From a virus: a stretch of 64,000 nt of DNA. Below the pieces are notes generated by a model. It saw nothing but the letters and a program-made list of their open reading frames with translations. It did not search any database and was not told the origin of the DNA. Of the stretch, positions 19,258 to 28,180 are shown one piece after another. The number at the start of each line of letters is the position of its first letter. Within the stretch, counting starts at the first letter, position 1. Both the position numbers and the translations under genes were made by a program. Where the stretch lies: the IMG/VR virus record IMGVR_UViG_3300007640_000027; one strand, 5' to 3'.

Positions 19258-21612
19258 TTAAGCATTTATCGCAACCGCTCTTGTATTAGCAATTATGGAT
19301 AAACCAGCACCTCCACTAAAGGTAACATTACCACTCGCATCTGCCGCCAATTCAGGATTAGTTCCAAATGTTCCTAAATCCATAGTTGACCAATCTGCGT
19401 ATTCTACTCCACTATTGTGGAAAATAGCAGTAAAGAAACCTGAACGTGCAGCAGTACCATCAGTCATTGTGTATTCTACATGAACTGCCTTATAATCAGA
19501 TGGTGAAACATTAAATAATGTTCCTGAAGCACCTGACCCTGTTACACGAAGGGTTTGTTCAGATGAAATTTTAATATCACTATCATCATTTCTTGTAAGA
19601 GTTGCCGCAGAATATTCTACAGTTGCACCCGTTACAAAAGTATCCGATCCTGAGAAACCTGTAATTGTAATATCAGATTCTAATCCACCATTAATACCTA
19701 AAGTAAGTGTTCCTGTTTGACCAGGATTACCTGCATAAGTACCACCAGTAATAAATGGTAATTCAAATGGTGAAGTACTTAATGTACCTGTTCCTGAGAA
19801 TGATACCGCCCAATCTGATGAGTATGAAATACCTGTGATTGCTTGAATAGTTGAATTAACTACCGCACCACCATTTTTAGTAACCGAGATTACGTTGTTC
19901 GCTTCAGTAACTCCTGTTACGAAATCAGTACCTAATGATAATGTAGCATCATAACTGTTTGATCCCTCCCAAGTAATGTCACCTGTAGCCAAACTAAATG
20001 TTGCACCCGTAATTGCATCAATTGCGATACTTCCAGTAGCACCATTAGAACCTACAAAAGACACATCATTGTTAGTCTGAGTTAAACCTGTTAAAGCCGT
20101 AACAGTACCTAATGAATCTGTATTCCCTAAATTAGTTTCTAAAGTAATTGCGTTATCTAAAAGTGTACCACCTGTTACAAATTCAAATGCACCTGTTAAT
20201 GTTACAGGTCCGAAATCACCATCAGTATATTCCAAAGTTACAGTACCTGCCGCTTGTGATAATGTACCACCAGTTACGTAAGTATCTGCACCTTCAAATC
20301 CTGAAATTACGATATCTGATTCAACACCACCATTAATTGATAATGTTAAGTCACCTGTACCTTGATTATATGAACCACCAGTAATAAATGGTAATTCAAA
20401 TGAAGGTGCTGCAACATTAAATGAAGAACCTGAAATTCCCCAATCACTATAAGCCACTTCAGTAATCGCACTTACGTTAAGTGTTACATCAATTAAGTCA
20501 GAACCTGATAAAGTAATATCATTATCTGAAATAGTTGCACCTGTAAATGCTTGAATGTTGTAGTCGGTTGTTCCTGCACCTGCGTTACCAACAGTAATAA
20601 TGTTGTTCGCTTCAGTTACACCTGTTACAAAGTCAGTACCTAAATCAATATTTGAAATATTGTTAGAACCTTCTACTGTAATAATACCTGTTGAAGGATC
20701 AAATGTACCACCAGTAACTGCATCAATCGCAATACTTCCAGTTGCACCGTTAGAACCTGCAAAAGATACATCATTATTAGTTTGAGTTAAACCTGTTAAA
20801 GCAGTAACTGTACCTAATGAATCTGTATTACCTAAATTAGTTTCTAAAGTAATACCATTATCTGTTAATGTACCACCCGTCACAAATTCAAATGCACCTG
20901 TTAATGTTACAGGACCATATCCTTGATTGAAAGTTAATTCTACTTCACCAGTAGATTGAGTTAACGTACCGCCTGTTACGTGAGTATCGGTATTTGTTAA
21001 TCCTGTGATCTGAATTGCACTTTCTAAACCATCTTTAATACCTAAACTGATTGTACCTGCATTGTAAGAACCACCAGTAATAAATGGTAATTCTAATGGT
21101 GATGTTGAGATTGCACCTGTACCTGCATAAGAAACACCCCATACTCCACTATCTGCAGAATAATCAGTTAATCCTGTGATTGCGACTACTTGTAAGTTAG
21201 TATCTGCACCACCGTTGTCCGTCAACGTGATTTGATTAGATGAAATTGTTGCAGCAGAGAAGTAATCCCAACCGCCAACTTGAAATGTACCTCCACTGTT
21301 GTTTGTGAAAGTTATTTGTCCGGCAGCATCATCATAAGTGCCACCTGTTAAAAATACGTTACCATTGGTAACGGTAAATGTTCCTCCTGTTGTGTTTGTA
21401 AACAAGAGATCTTTGTCTCCAGTGCCCGTAACCGTTCCGCCACTTACGAACACCTGACTGTCAAGTCCGGCTGCCGCGAGAAGTTTTACTTCTCTAGTTG
21501 ACGGGTCGATTGCTAATACACTATTCAACAAATTTTGGTCTGTAGAAACTGTTTGTAGGAATGTCGATCCCGACACTCTCAAACCATTTCTTGCTACTAA
21601 TTCATTTGCCAT
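19258..21612 (-). CDS. Fibre protein, FVTGGT repeat family, with an internal module duplication
   Basis: Many VTGGT repeats and a duplicated GPVTLTGAFEFVTGGTL...TDSLGTVTALTGLTQTNNDVSF block. C-terminal DGTAARSG...WSTMDLG resembles that of 21640..23040. Confidence 0.7.
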   Translation of the reverse strand: MANELVARNGLRVSGSTFLQTVSTDQNLLNSVLAIDPSTREVKLLAAAGLDSQVFVSGGTVTGTGDKDLLFTNTTGGTFTVTNGNVFLTGGTYDDAAGQITFTNNSGGTFQVGGWDYFSAATISSNQITLTDNGGADTNLQVVAITGLTDYSADSGVWGVSYAGTGAISTSPLELPFITGGSYNAGTISLGIKDGLESAIQITGLTNTDTHVTGGTLTQSTGEVELTFNQGYGPVTLTGAFEFVTGGTLTDNGITLETNLGNTDSLGTVTALTGLTQTNNDVSFAGSNGATGSIAIDAVTGGTFDPSTGIITVEGSNNISNIDLGTDFVTGVTEANNIITVGNAGAGTTDYNIQAFTGATISDNDITLSGSDLIDVTLNVSAITEVAYSDWGISGSSFNVAAPSFELPFITGGSYNQGTGDLTLSINGGVESDIVISGFEGADTYVTGGTLSQAAGTVTLEYTDGDFGPVTLTGAFEFVTGGTLLDNAITLETNLGNTDSLGTVTALTGLTQTNNDVSFVGSNGATGSIAIDAITGATFSLATGDITWEGSNSYDATLSLGTDFVTGVTEANNVISVTKNGGAVVNSTIQAITGISYSSDWAVSFSGTGTLSTSPFELPFITGGTYAGNPGQTGTLTLGINGGLESDITITGFSGSDTFVTGATVEYSAATLTRNDDSDIKISSEQTLRVTGSGASGTLFNVSPSDYKAVHVEYTMTDGTAARSGFFTAIFHNSGVEYADWSTMDLGTFGTNPELAADASGNVTFSGGAGLSIIANTRAVAINA

Positions 21613-21639
21613 TTTTTTGTTTTTTTTAGCAGTTTATTT

Positions 21640-23040
21640 TTATAGCTGGTTCTTTCCTAATCTAACGTCCCATGAACCACTTGAGACGCTGGCTATTAAT
21701 CTTGCATTTCCACCTGAAATATCAAATGTCCACTCAAATGCCGCGGTTGATCCAATATCTATTGTTGATACATCATTAAATTGAACTTGAGTTCCATCCC
21801 ATACCGCATGAACTTCTCCTGATCTATAATTTGTACCATCATTAATAACATAATCATATGCAACCGATTGATATAAACTTAAACTCGTCACATCAACTAC
21901 CGTATTATTGGTTACACCTGATGCTTCCACATAATCAAAATGAGTTAAGATATCCAAACCAGTTACGGTTACTGAACTATCATCATCTTTATCTAATGTG
22001 ATTTCACCGTCAGCGTATGTTCCACCTGTAATTGACGCAGAAAAACCTGTAACTTGGAAAGTCGTACCATCCGACATTCCTAATGTTAATGTCGTTGGTG
22101 AATAAGTCGCTCCCGTTAAATAAGTGTCTTCACTTGTAAATCCAGTGATTACTACCGTTGAATCGTCTGATTTCGTAAGGGTTAAAGTATTTGCCGCAAA
22201 AGTACCACCCGTAACCGAAATATCTGATGAAACAAAACCCGTAACAATAAGGTCCGTTTCAAGTCCACCAGCATAACTTAATGTTAATGTGCCAGCAGAA
22301 TAACTGGAACCACTAATAAACGGTAAGGTCACCGTATCTGATGACCCATCTGTATTGGCTAAATCTAAATCATAATCACCACCATATGTGATACCCGATA
22401 TGGAAGTTGTTGTTGAACCTGTCGTGAAACCTGTAACAGTAAAAGTTCCACCTGTTGTGTTTGAGAAGGTAGCAACACCTGTTGCATTATTGTATGTACC
22501 ACCTGTTACGGTAATATCTGTTCCGTAGAATATTTTCCAACGTGCATTATCTCTTGTTACTCCACTAACACCTTCAATTGATGAATCTAACCACGCATCA
22601 ATAAATGCCGTACCACCCGCAGTAGTTGTTGATACAGTTGTACCATAAGTACCTTCAGTTGTTGATCCCGAAGCCGAATTCCATAAACTTTCAAAATTAG
22701 GTATCGTATATTGATATGTTTTTTGTGTTTCGTGAACATAAACCAACATACCAAGTCTTCTACGACCTGACGAAATATTATCGGAATTTAATGTTAAAAT
22801 ATCAGGTAAAAAAGCTAAAGTTCTTTTTGAATATTGAATGGGTATCGTATTTCCCGTAAATTCAATAACCCCCGTAGAACCACTCGGAACGGTATAAATA
22901 AGGTCTTGGAGAGTATATACCTCCATATAACCCCCAATCTGTAACACGCTAAAATTAGTACCAAAGGTCTTATCCCTTAATACCGAATCAGGTGTACTAA
23001 TATTTATAGATGATAAAGGGTTTTTATATACAAAAGACAT
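21640..23040 (-). CDS. Fibre protein, FVTGGT repeat family
   Basis: RRRLGMLVYV motif, ITVTGGTY repeats, C-terminal YDYVINDGTNYRSGEV...STIDIG domain. Confidence 0.65.
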   Translation of the reverse strand: MSFVYKNPLSSINISTPDSVLRDKTFGTNFSVLQIGGYMEVYTLQDLIYTVPSGSTGVIEFTGNTIPIQYSKRTLAFLPDILTLNSDNISSGRRRLGMLVYVHETQKTYQYTIPNFESLWNSASGSTTEGTYGTTVSTTTAGGTAFIDAWLDSSIEGVSGVTRDNARWKIFYGTDITVTGGTYNNATGVATFSNTTGGTFTVTGFTTGSTTTSISGITYGGDYDLDLANTDGSSDTVTLPFISGSSYSAGTLTLSYAGGLETDLIVTGFVSSDISVTGGTFAANTLTLTKSDDSTVVITGFTSEDTYLTGATYSPTTLTLGMSDGTTFQVTGFSASITGGTYADGEITLDKDDDSSVTVTGLDILTHFDYVEASGVTNNTVVDVTSLSLYQSVAYDYVINDGTNYRSGEVHAVWDGTQVQFNDVSTIDIGSTAAFEWTFDISGGNARLIASVSSGSWDVRLGKNQL

Positions 23041-23060
23041 TCTCTACTATTTTCTTTAAC

Positions 23061-23067
23061 ATAAATA
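23061..23067 (-). promoter_or_regulatory. TATTTAT upstream motif
   Basis: Lies 20 nt upstream of ATG 23040. Confidence 0.5.
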
Positions 23068-23107
23068 CATATCAAAAACTATATGTACGTTTTTTTTTGG
23101 TTATTTT

Positions 23108-25549
23108 TTATGACACTGTGTTTCCTTTAAAATACAATGTGTTTGTTGTGTTATCCAATCTTACTCCCTGATCAGTAAATGTAGTATATAATCTATATGT
23201 TCCAGGAGCAAATGAACCACCTGGATTATTTACACTATAAGTATATACTGATGATGCCATACTCGCAGTAACAAAAGTGTTCGGTCCGTTTCCATTAGAA
23301 AAATCTATACTAACTTGTCGGTTTCCACCGCCACCAATACCTTCATCGGGAATTACCCAAGTATACCAAGCATTACCCGGTACAGTACCACCTGATACTT
23401 CAGTTGTAACAAAATTGTACTGTACTATCGCATTACCTTCACTGTCATTACCACCAGTACTTTGAGGTATTGTTTGAGTGATAATCACAGGTACACTTCC
23501 TGTTCCTGCATTTAGACTATAATAATCTAAATAATGACCAATATCTGTGTTTGATGTTGGTGCCAATCCATTAGTAAATCCATAGAAACCAGCACCTTGT
23601 CCTGCCATATATGTACCAATATCACCCGCAATTGTATCAGGTTCAATTAATAGATAGGCAGTTGTTGGTGTTCCCGCAGAAGTACTAGTCGGAGTAGGTG
23701 TTGTTGCTGGAACTGTTTCCGTTGGAGTCGCAGTCACAGTTAAGGTCGGTGTACTCGTTGGTGTACTTGTAATTGTTGGCGTGTTAGTTGGCGTGCTAGT
23801 TACTGTTTGTGTTGGCGTATTACTTACCGTTTGTGTTGGAGTAGCTGTTACCGTAGGAGTACTAGTCACCGTCTGAGTTGGAGTCGCAGTTATTGTTGTT
23901 GTCGGCGTGCTCGTTACTGTCGGTGTATTAGTCGGAGTACTACTTACCGTTTGTGTTGGTGTCGCTGTTACCGTTGAGGTTGGTGTCGCCGTTACCGTAG
24001 GAGTACTAGTAACTGTCTGAGTTGGTGTTGATGTTACCGTTGGTGTATTAGTTACCGTTTGAGTCGGAGTTGCGGTTATCGTAGGCGTATTAGTTACTGT
24101 TTGAGTTGGCGTGCTCGTTACTGTCGGCGTATTAGTTGGAGTACTAGTCACCGTCTGTGTCGGTGTTGCTGTTACTGTAGAAGTTGGTGTCGCAGTTACC
24201 GTAGGTGTACTAGTCACTGTTTGTGTAGGTGTAGTCGTTACTGTCGGCGTATTAGTTACCGTTTGTGTTGGTGTTGCAGTTACAGTTGGTGTATTTGTAG
24301 GCGTATTACTTACCGTTTGTGTTGGTGTCGCTGTTACTGTAGAAGTTGGTGTACTTGTAATTGTTGGCGTGTTAGTTACCGTCTGAGTTGGAGTACTAGT
24401 TACAGTCGGGGTATTAGTTGGAGTATTACTTACCGTCTGTGTAGGTGTTGCGGTTATTGTTGGTGTATTAGTCACAGTTTGAGTAGGTGTACTCGTTACT
24501 GTAGGTGTACTAGTTGGAGTATTACTTACCGTTTGTGTCGGCGTTGAAGTTATTGTCGGTGTATTAGTTGGAGTACTACTTACCGTCTGTGTTGGTGTCG
24601 CAGTTACCGTAGGTGTATTAGTTACCGTTTGAGTCGGAGTCGCAGTTACAGTTGGAGTATTGGTCAAAGTTTGTGTTGGTGTCGCTGTTACTGTCGGTGT
24701 ATTTGTTACCGTCTGAGTTGGAGTATTACTTGGTGTATTAGTTACAGTTTGAGTAGGTGTGGCAGTCACCGTTGGTGTATTAGTTGGCGTACTACTCACT
24801 GTTTGTGTTGGTGTACTAGTAATTGTTTGTGTCGGAGTATTAGTCACCGCTGGTGTTTCACTTGGCGTAGGTGTGTTCGTTAGCGTTTGTGTTGGTGTAC
24901 TGGTAACTGTAGGTGTATTAGTTACTGTTTGAGTCGGAGTACTAGTTACTGTCGGTGTATTAGTTACTGTTTGAGTCGGAGTACTAGTCACTGTTGGTGT
25001 GTTAGTAACCGTTTGTGTTGGAGTTGAAGTCACCGCAGGTGTTTCACTTGGCGTAGGTGTGTTCGTTAACGTTTGTGTTGGTGTACTACTCGCTGTTGGT
25101 GTATTTGTAACTGTCTGCGTTGGAGTTAACGTTAGTGTCGGTGTCGGAGTATTAGTTACACCCGCAGTTTCAGTAGGTGTTGGAGTTGCCGTGGCAGGTG
25201 CAGTACTTGTTAATGTTAATGTTACCGTTGGAGTATTGGTTGGTGTAGGAGTTGGTGTTTGCGTAAATCCAGTTAATGTAACCGTAGGTGTAGGAGTTGG
25301 TGTGACATCTTCAACAACAACTATTTTCTTGGAAACCGTTTCATCATTACAACCAGGTTGTTTGTTAACTACAAAAATCGTATATTGAATTCCCGAGGGT
25401 GATCCAGGTAAATCTAAAACTACCCCCGCAACTATCTGATCACGGGTTATACCCGTTTCAATAGGTGTTGTGGAGGTTGAACCTGTATATATATTAAAAG
25501 GGCCTACAGCGTTTGAACTGAGAGTTAACCTAATTATTACCTGCGACAT
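23108..25549 (-). CDS. Pro/Thr-rich mucin-like stalk protein with small N- and C-terminal domains
   Basis: About 540 aa of TPT(Q/V/N)T(V)T repeats between an ~80-aa N domain and an ~190-aa C domain. Confidence 0.75.
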   Translation of the reverse strand: MSQVIIRLTLSSNAVGPFNIYTGSTSTTPIETGITRDQIVAGVVLDLPGSPSGIQYTIFVVNKQPGCNDETVSKKIVVVEDVTPTPTPTVTLTGFTQTPTPTPTNTPTVTLTLTSTAPATATPTPTETAGVTNTPTPTLTLTPTQTVTNTPTASSTPTQTLTNTPTPSETPAVTSTPTQTVTNTPTVTSTPTQTVTNTPTVTSTPTQTVTNTPTVTSTPTQTLTNTPTPSETPAVTNTPTQTITSTPTQTVSSTPTNTPTVTATPTQTVTNTPSNTPTQTVTNTPTVTATPTQTLTNTPTVTATPTQTVTNTPTVTATPTQTVSSTPTNTPTITSTPTQTVSNTPTSTPTVTSTPTQTVTNTPTITATPTQTVSNTPTNTPTVTSTPTQTVTNTPTITSTPTSTVTATPTQTVSNTPTNTPTVTATPTQTVTNTPTVTTTPTQTVTSTPTVTATPTSTVTATPTQTVTSTPTNTPTVTSTPTQTVTNTPTITATPTQTVTNTPTVTSTPTQTVTSTPTVTATPTSTVTATPTQTVSSTPTNTPTVTSTPTTTITATPTQTVTSTPTVTATPTQTVSNTPTQTVTSTPTNTPTITSTPTSTPTLTVTATPTETVPATTPTPTSTSAGTPTTAYLLIEPDTIAGDIGTYMAGQGAGFYGFTNGLAPTSNTDIGHYLDYYSLNAGTGSVPVIITQTIPQSTGGNDSEGNAIVQYNFVTTEVSGGTVPGNAWYTWVIPDEGIGGGGNRQVSIDFSNGNGPNTFVTASMASSVYTYSVNNPGGSFAPGTYRLYTTFTDQGVRLDNTTNTLYFKGNTVS
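23690..25305 (-). repeat. Degenerate TPTxT(V)T coding repeat
   Basis: 6-8-aa Thr/Pro units with diversified codons. Confidence 0.9.
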
Positions 25550-25568
25550 CTACTTCCGTGTTTATATA

Positions 25569-25575
25569 ATAAATA
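25569..25575 (-). promoter_or_regulatory. TATTTAT upstream motif
   Basis: Lies 19 nt upstream of ATG 25549. Confidence 0.5.
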
Positions 25576-25625
25576 CATCTTTTAATGAAAAATATATTTT
25601 TAATTACTATTTTATATTCATTTAT

Positions 25626-28178
25626 TTAACTTAAACAATCTATGTCATAGTCAATTGATAATGTTAATTTAAAATAGGCGTCTCTTAATGGGTCTTCATC
25701 CCCATTACAGTCAGAAAATATTTGTAAAGTATTTGTGTTCAAATTCAGTCTAAAACTTTCAATTTCAGATATGGTGTTCAATATATCTCTAATCGCATTT
25801 CTATATTGACTATCTGTTGGAACATCATTTAGAGTTGTTCCTGTATAAAAACTTTCGGTTATATTATAACTGATACCGTCACCAGTTAACACCACATTAA
25901 CAGAAAATTCAGCAGTGTTTAATGTACAACCTGTACTTCCGCTAATTAAATCCATATAAGATTCATTTAGCATTTCGGATAAACCTCGTTTTTGTTTGGA
26001 TGTGGTTACAAAACCTGATTCACAAATTTCAAATATTTCATAACATGCAACGTTATTTGGTTTGCATATAATTGAAACTGCCTTTGTTTTTGAACAACCG
26101 TTTGCATCGGTTAAGGTTACGGTGTATGTTCCACCTGATAATCCTGTAATGGTGGATCCTGTTTGTCCGTTATTCCATAAATAAGTGAAAGGTGGTTCCC
26201 CGTCATAGATTGATACCGTTGCGGATCCGTCAATACCCAACGTACAATCAACCCCCGTCAATATAAAATCAATCTCTGGCGTTCCACTTATTGAAAAACT
26301 TGTTGTTGACGTGCAACCATTATTATCTTCAACAGATAAACTATAACTTCCCTCAGATAATTCATTATTGGTAAATGCGCTTGAGAAGTTGTTTAAGCTT
26401 TGTTCAATTATGGTACCTGAGGTGGTATCTGTTAAAGAATAAATTAAAGGAAATGCAACTGCGGTAACTCCTGATGTTACCGTGGCGGTAAAGATTCCAT
26501 TTGTTCCACCACAAGTAGCACCCGTTGTTGAAATGGATACGTTAAATGGATCTTGATTGGCAATTACAATGGTCTGATTATATTCACAACCCTCATTAGA
26601 TATTACTTTTAAGTAATACGTATCACCCGATAAATTATCAAAGGTGTGTGAGGATGACTGAGTTGTAATGGTGGTCACAGATCCACTGGTTCCACCTGTA
26701 AGGGTATATGTTAATATGGTACCTGATGGTGAATTGATATTCACTTCAATAGAACCGTTATTGCCACAAGTGGAATTATTCACATTTACTGAATCTATTG
26801 TAAATGCACCATCTGAAAGAATTGCAACTGATTCTGTTATTTGGCAATATCCGTTATCAAAAACCTGAACTGTATATACAGTAGGACAAAGTCCTGTTAG
26901 TGTTATTGATGTGGAATTGGTTGTTACCGTATATCCGTTGGAAACAGAATAATAATATGGTGCAGATCCACCTGAGATATTCATTGTAAACGAACCATCA
27001 CAATCAAAGCAAGATGCGGTTATTGTGTTAAAATTCAATAACCCCAAAGAACTAACTGTTGGAATGGTGGCGGTTTTGTTGGTTTGGCAACCGTTGCTGT
27101 CTGTCACCACCACGCTCACATTACCTGCGGTTAAACCTGTTGCGGTGGAAGTGGTTTGTCCGTTTGACCATAAGTAAGTATAAGGTCCAACACCTGTTTG
27201 ACCTGTCACCGTTGCAATACCTAAATTGGGAACACATTGTGAGTCACCCGTGATTGCAAAACCGAAATCTAATGCGTCACTTTCATCAATAACAACGGTC
27301 TCAGTAAATGCGGTTCCACCGGCATAATCTTCAACATAAACGTGGTAAAAACCATAATCCAAATTGGAAAAAACGTATGATGAATTATTTGTGGTAACAA
27401 CATTTATTGCACTTCCGTTTTTATATAATGTTAAATCATAAGGTGCAGATCCTGATGCAACAAACACTTCCAATTCACCTGTTGTTGGATCACCACAAGT
27501 TGTTCCTGAAACATTATTTATGGATGCACATATGCAACCTGTAACCTCAACGTTAATATAAAAATCACTATTGATATTACCTGTGGTATCATTTAATCTA
27601 AAAACATATGTTCCACCAGTAAGACCTGAATATGTAAAAGGTCCGTTGCCCGTTTGTGCACTTAAACTACCAGGTATTGTATTTTGTAAAGTATAAGGCG
27701 GAACACCATCTGCCGGTGTTATAACAATTGTACCTCCACTTGGATTTTCACAAACACCCGTAACGGCAAAAGAATAATTTAAAGGACCCTGATAACACGT
27801 TGGAACACAATTGTTTGGTGATACCGTAATACCAAAATAAGGTTCCGTGGTATCCACACAAAACGTCTGACCACTTCCAACACCCGTTCTTTCAATACCA
27901 CAACAATCCGTGAAACTCCAAGCACCACTTAATGTCGTTGCAGAATAACAATCATCCAATAATCCTTGTGATTGCAAACAGTTTGTACAATTTGTATGTG
28001 AGGGTACCAAAAATGTTTGAACGCTCGTACCACCTGTAATTACACCTGTATATTCATAACAAATACCGCTATATATAACGGTATTTCCAACCGAGAAATT
28101 CGCATCTTCAATTGTGAAGATTTGATCCCCTGGGTTTGGAGTACTACATCCTGAAAATACATAAGTGTTTAATGCCAT
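25626..28178 (-). CDS. SprB-repeat (Ig-like) virion protein, Cys-rich N-terminus
   Basis: Repeats GVGPYTYLWSNGQTTSTATGLTAGNVSVVVTDSNGC and GEPPFTYLWNNGQTGSTITGLSGGTYTVTLTDANGC match the SprB repeat consensus. Confidence 0.75.
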   Translation of the reverse strand: MALNTYVFSGCSTPNPGDQIFTIEDANFSVGNTVIYSGICYEYTGVITGGTSVQTFLVPSHTNCTNCLQSQGLLDDCYSATTLSGAWSFTDCCGIERTGVGSGQTFCVDTTEPYFGITVSPNNCVPTCYQGPLNYSFAVTGVCENPSGGTIVITPADGVPPYTLQNTIPGSLSAQTGNGPFTYSGLTGGTYVFRLNDTTGNINSDFYINVEVTGCICASINNVSGTTCGDPTTGELEVFVASGSAPYDLTLYKNGSAINVVTTNNSSYVFSNLDYGFYHVYVEDYAGGTAFTETVVIDESDALDFGFAITGDSQCVPNLGIATVTGQTGVGPYTYLWSNGQTTSTATGLTAGNVSVVVTDSNGCQTNKTATIPTVSSLGLLNFNTITASCFDCDGSFTMNISGGSAPYYYSVSNGYTVTTNSTSITLTGLCPTVYTVQVFDNGYCQITESVAILSDGAFTIDSVNVNNSTCGNNGSIEVNINSPSGTILTYTLTGGTSGSVTTITTQSSSHTFDNLSGDTYYLKVISNEGCEYNQTIVIANQDPFNVSISTTGATCGGTNGIFTATVTSGVTAVAFPLIYSLTDTTSGTIIEQSLNNFSSAFTNNELSEGSYSLSVEDNNGCTSTTSFSISGTPEIDFILTGVDCTLGIDGSATVSIYDGEPPFTYLWNNGQTGSTITGLSGGTYTVTLTDANGCSKTKAVSIICKPNNVACYEIFEICESGFVTTSKQKRGLSEMLNESYMDLISGSTGCTLNTAEFSVNVVLTGDGISYNITESFYTGTTLNDVPTDSQYRNAIRDILNTISEIESFRLNLNTNTLQIFSDCNGDEDPLRDAYFKLTLSIDYDIDCLS

Positions 28179-28180
28179 TT

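Noticed and set aside
3063-21612. Paralogous blocks as diversity-generating retroelement TR/VR pairs
   Set aside because: Both copies are coding, differences are mostly synonymous and not adenine-specific, and there is no reverse transcriptase in the window.
24059-25388. + strand Val/Gly- or Cys/Arg-rich ORFs
   Set aside because: Antisense shadows of the Pro/Thr repeat.
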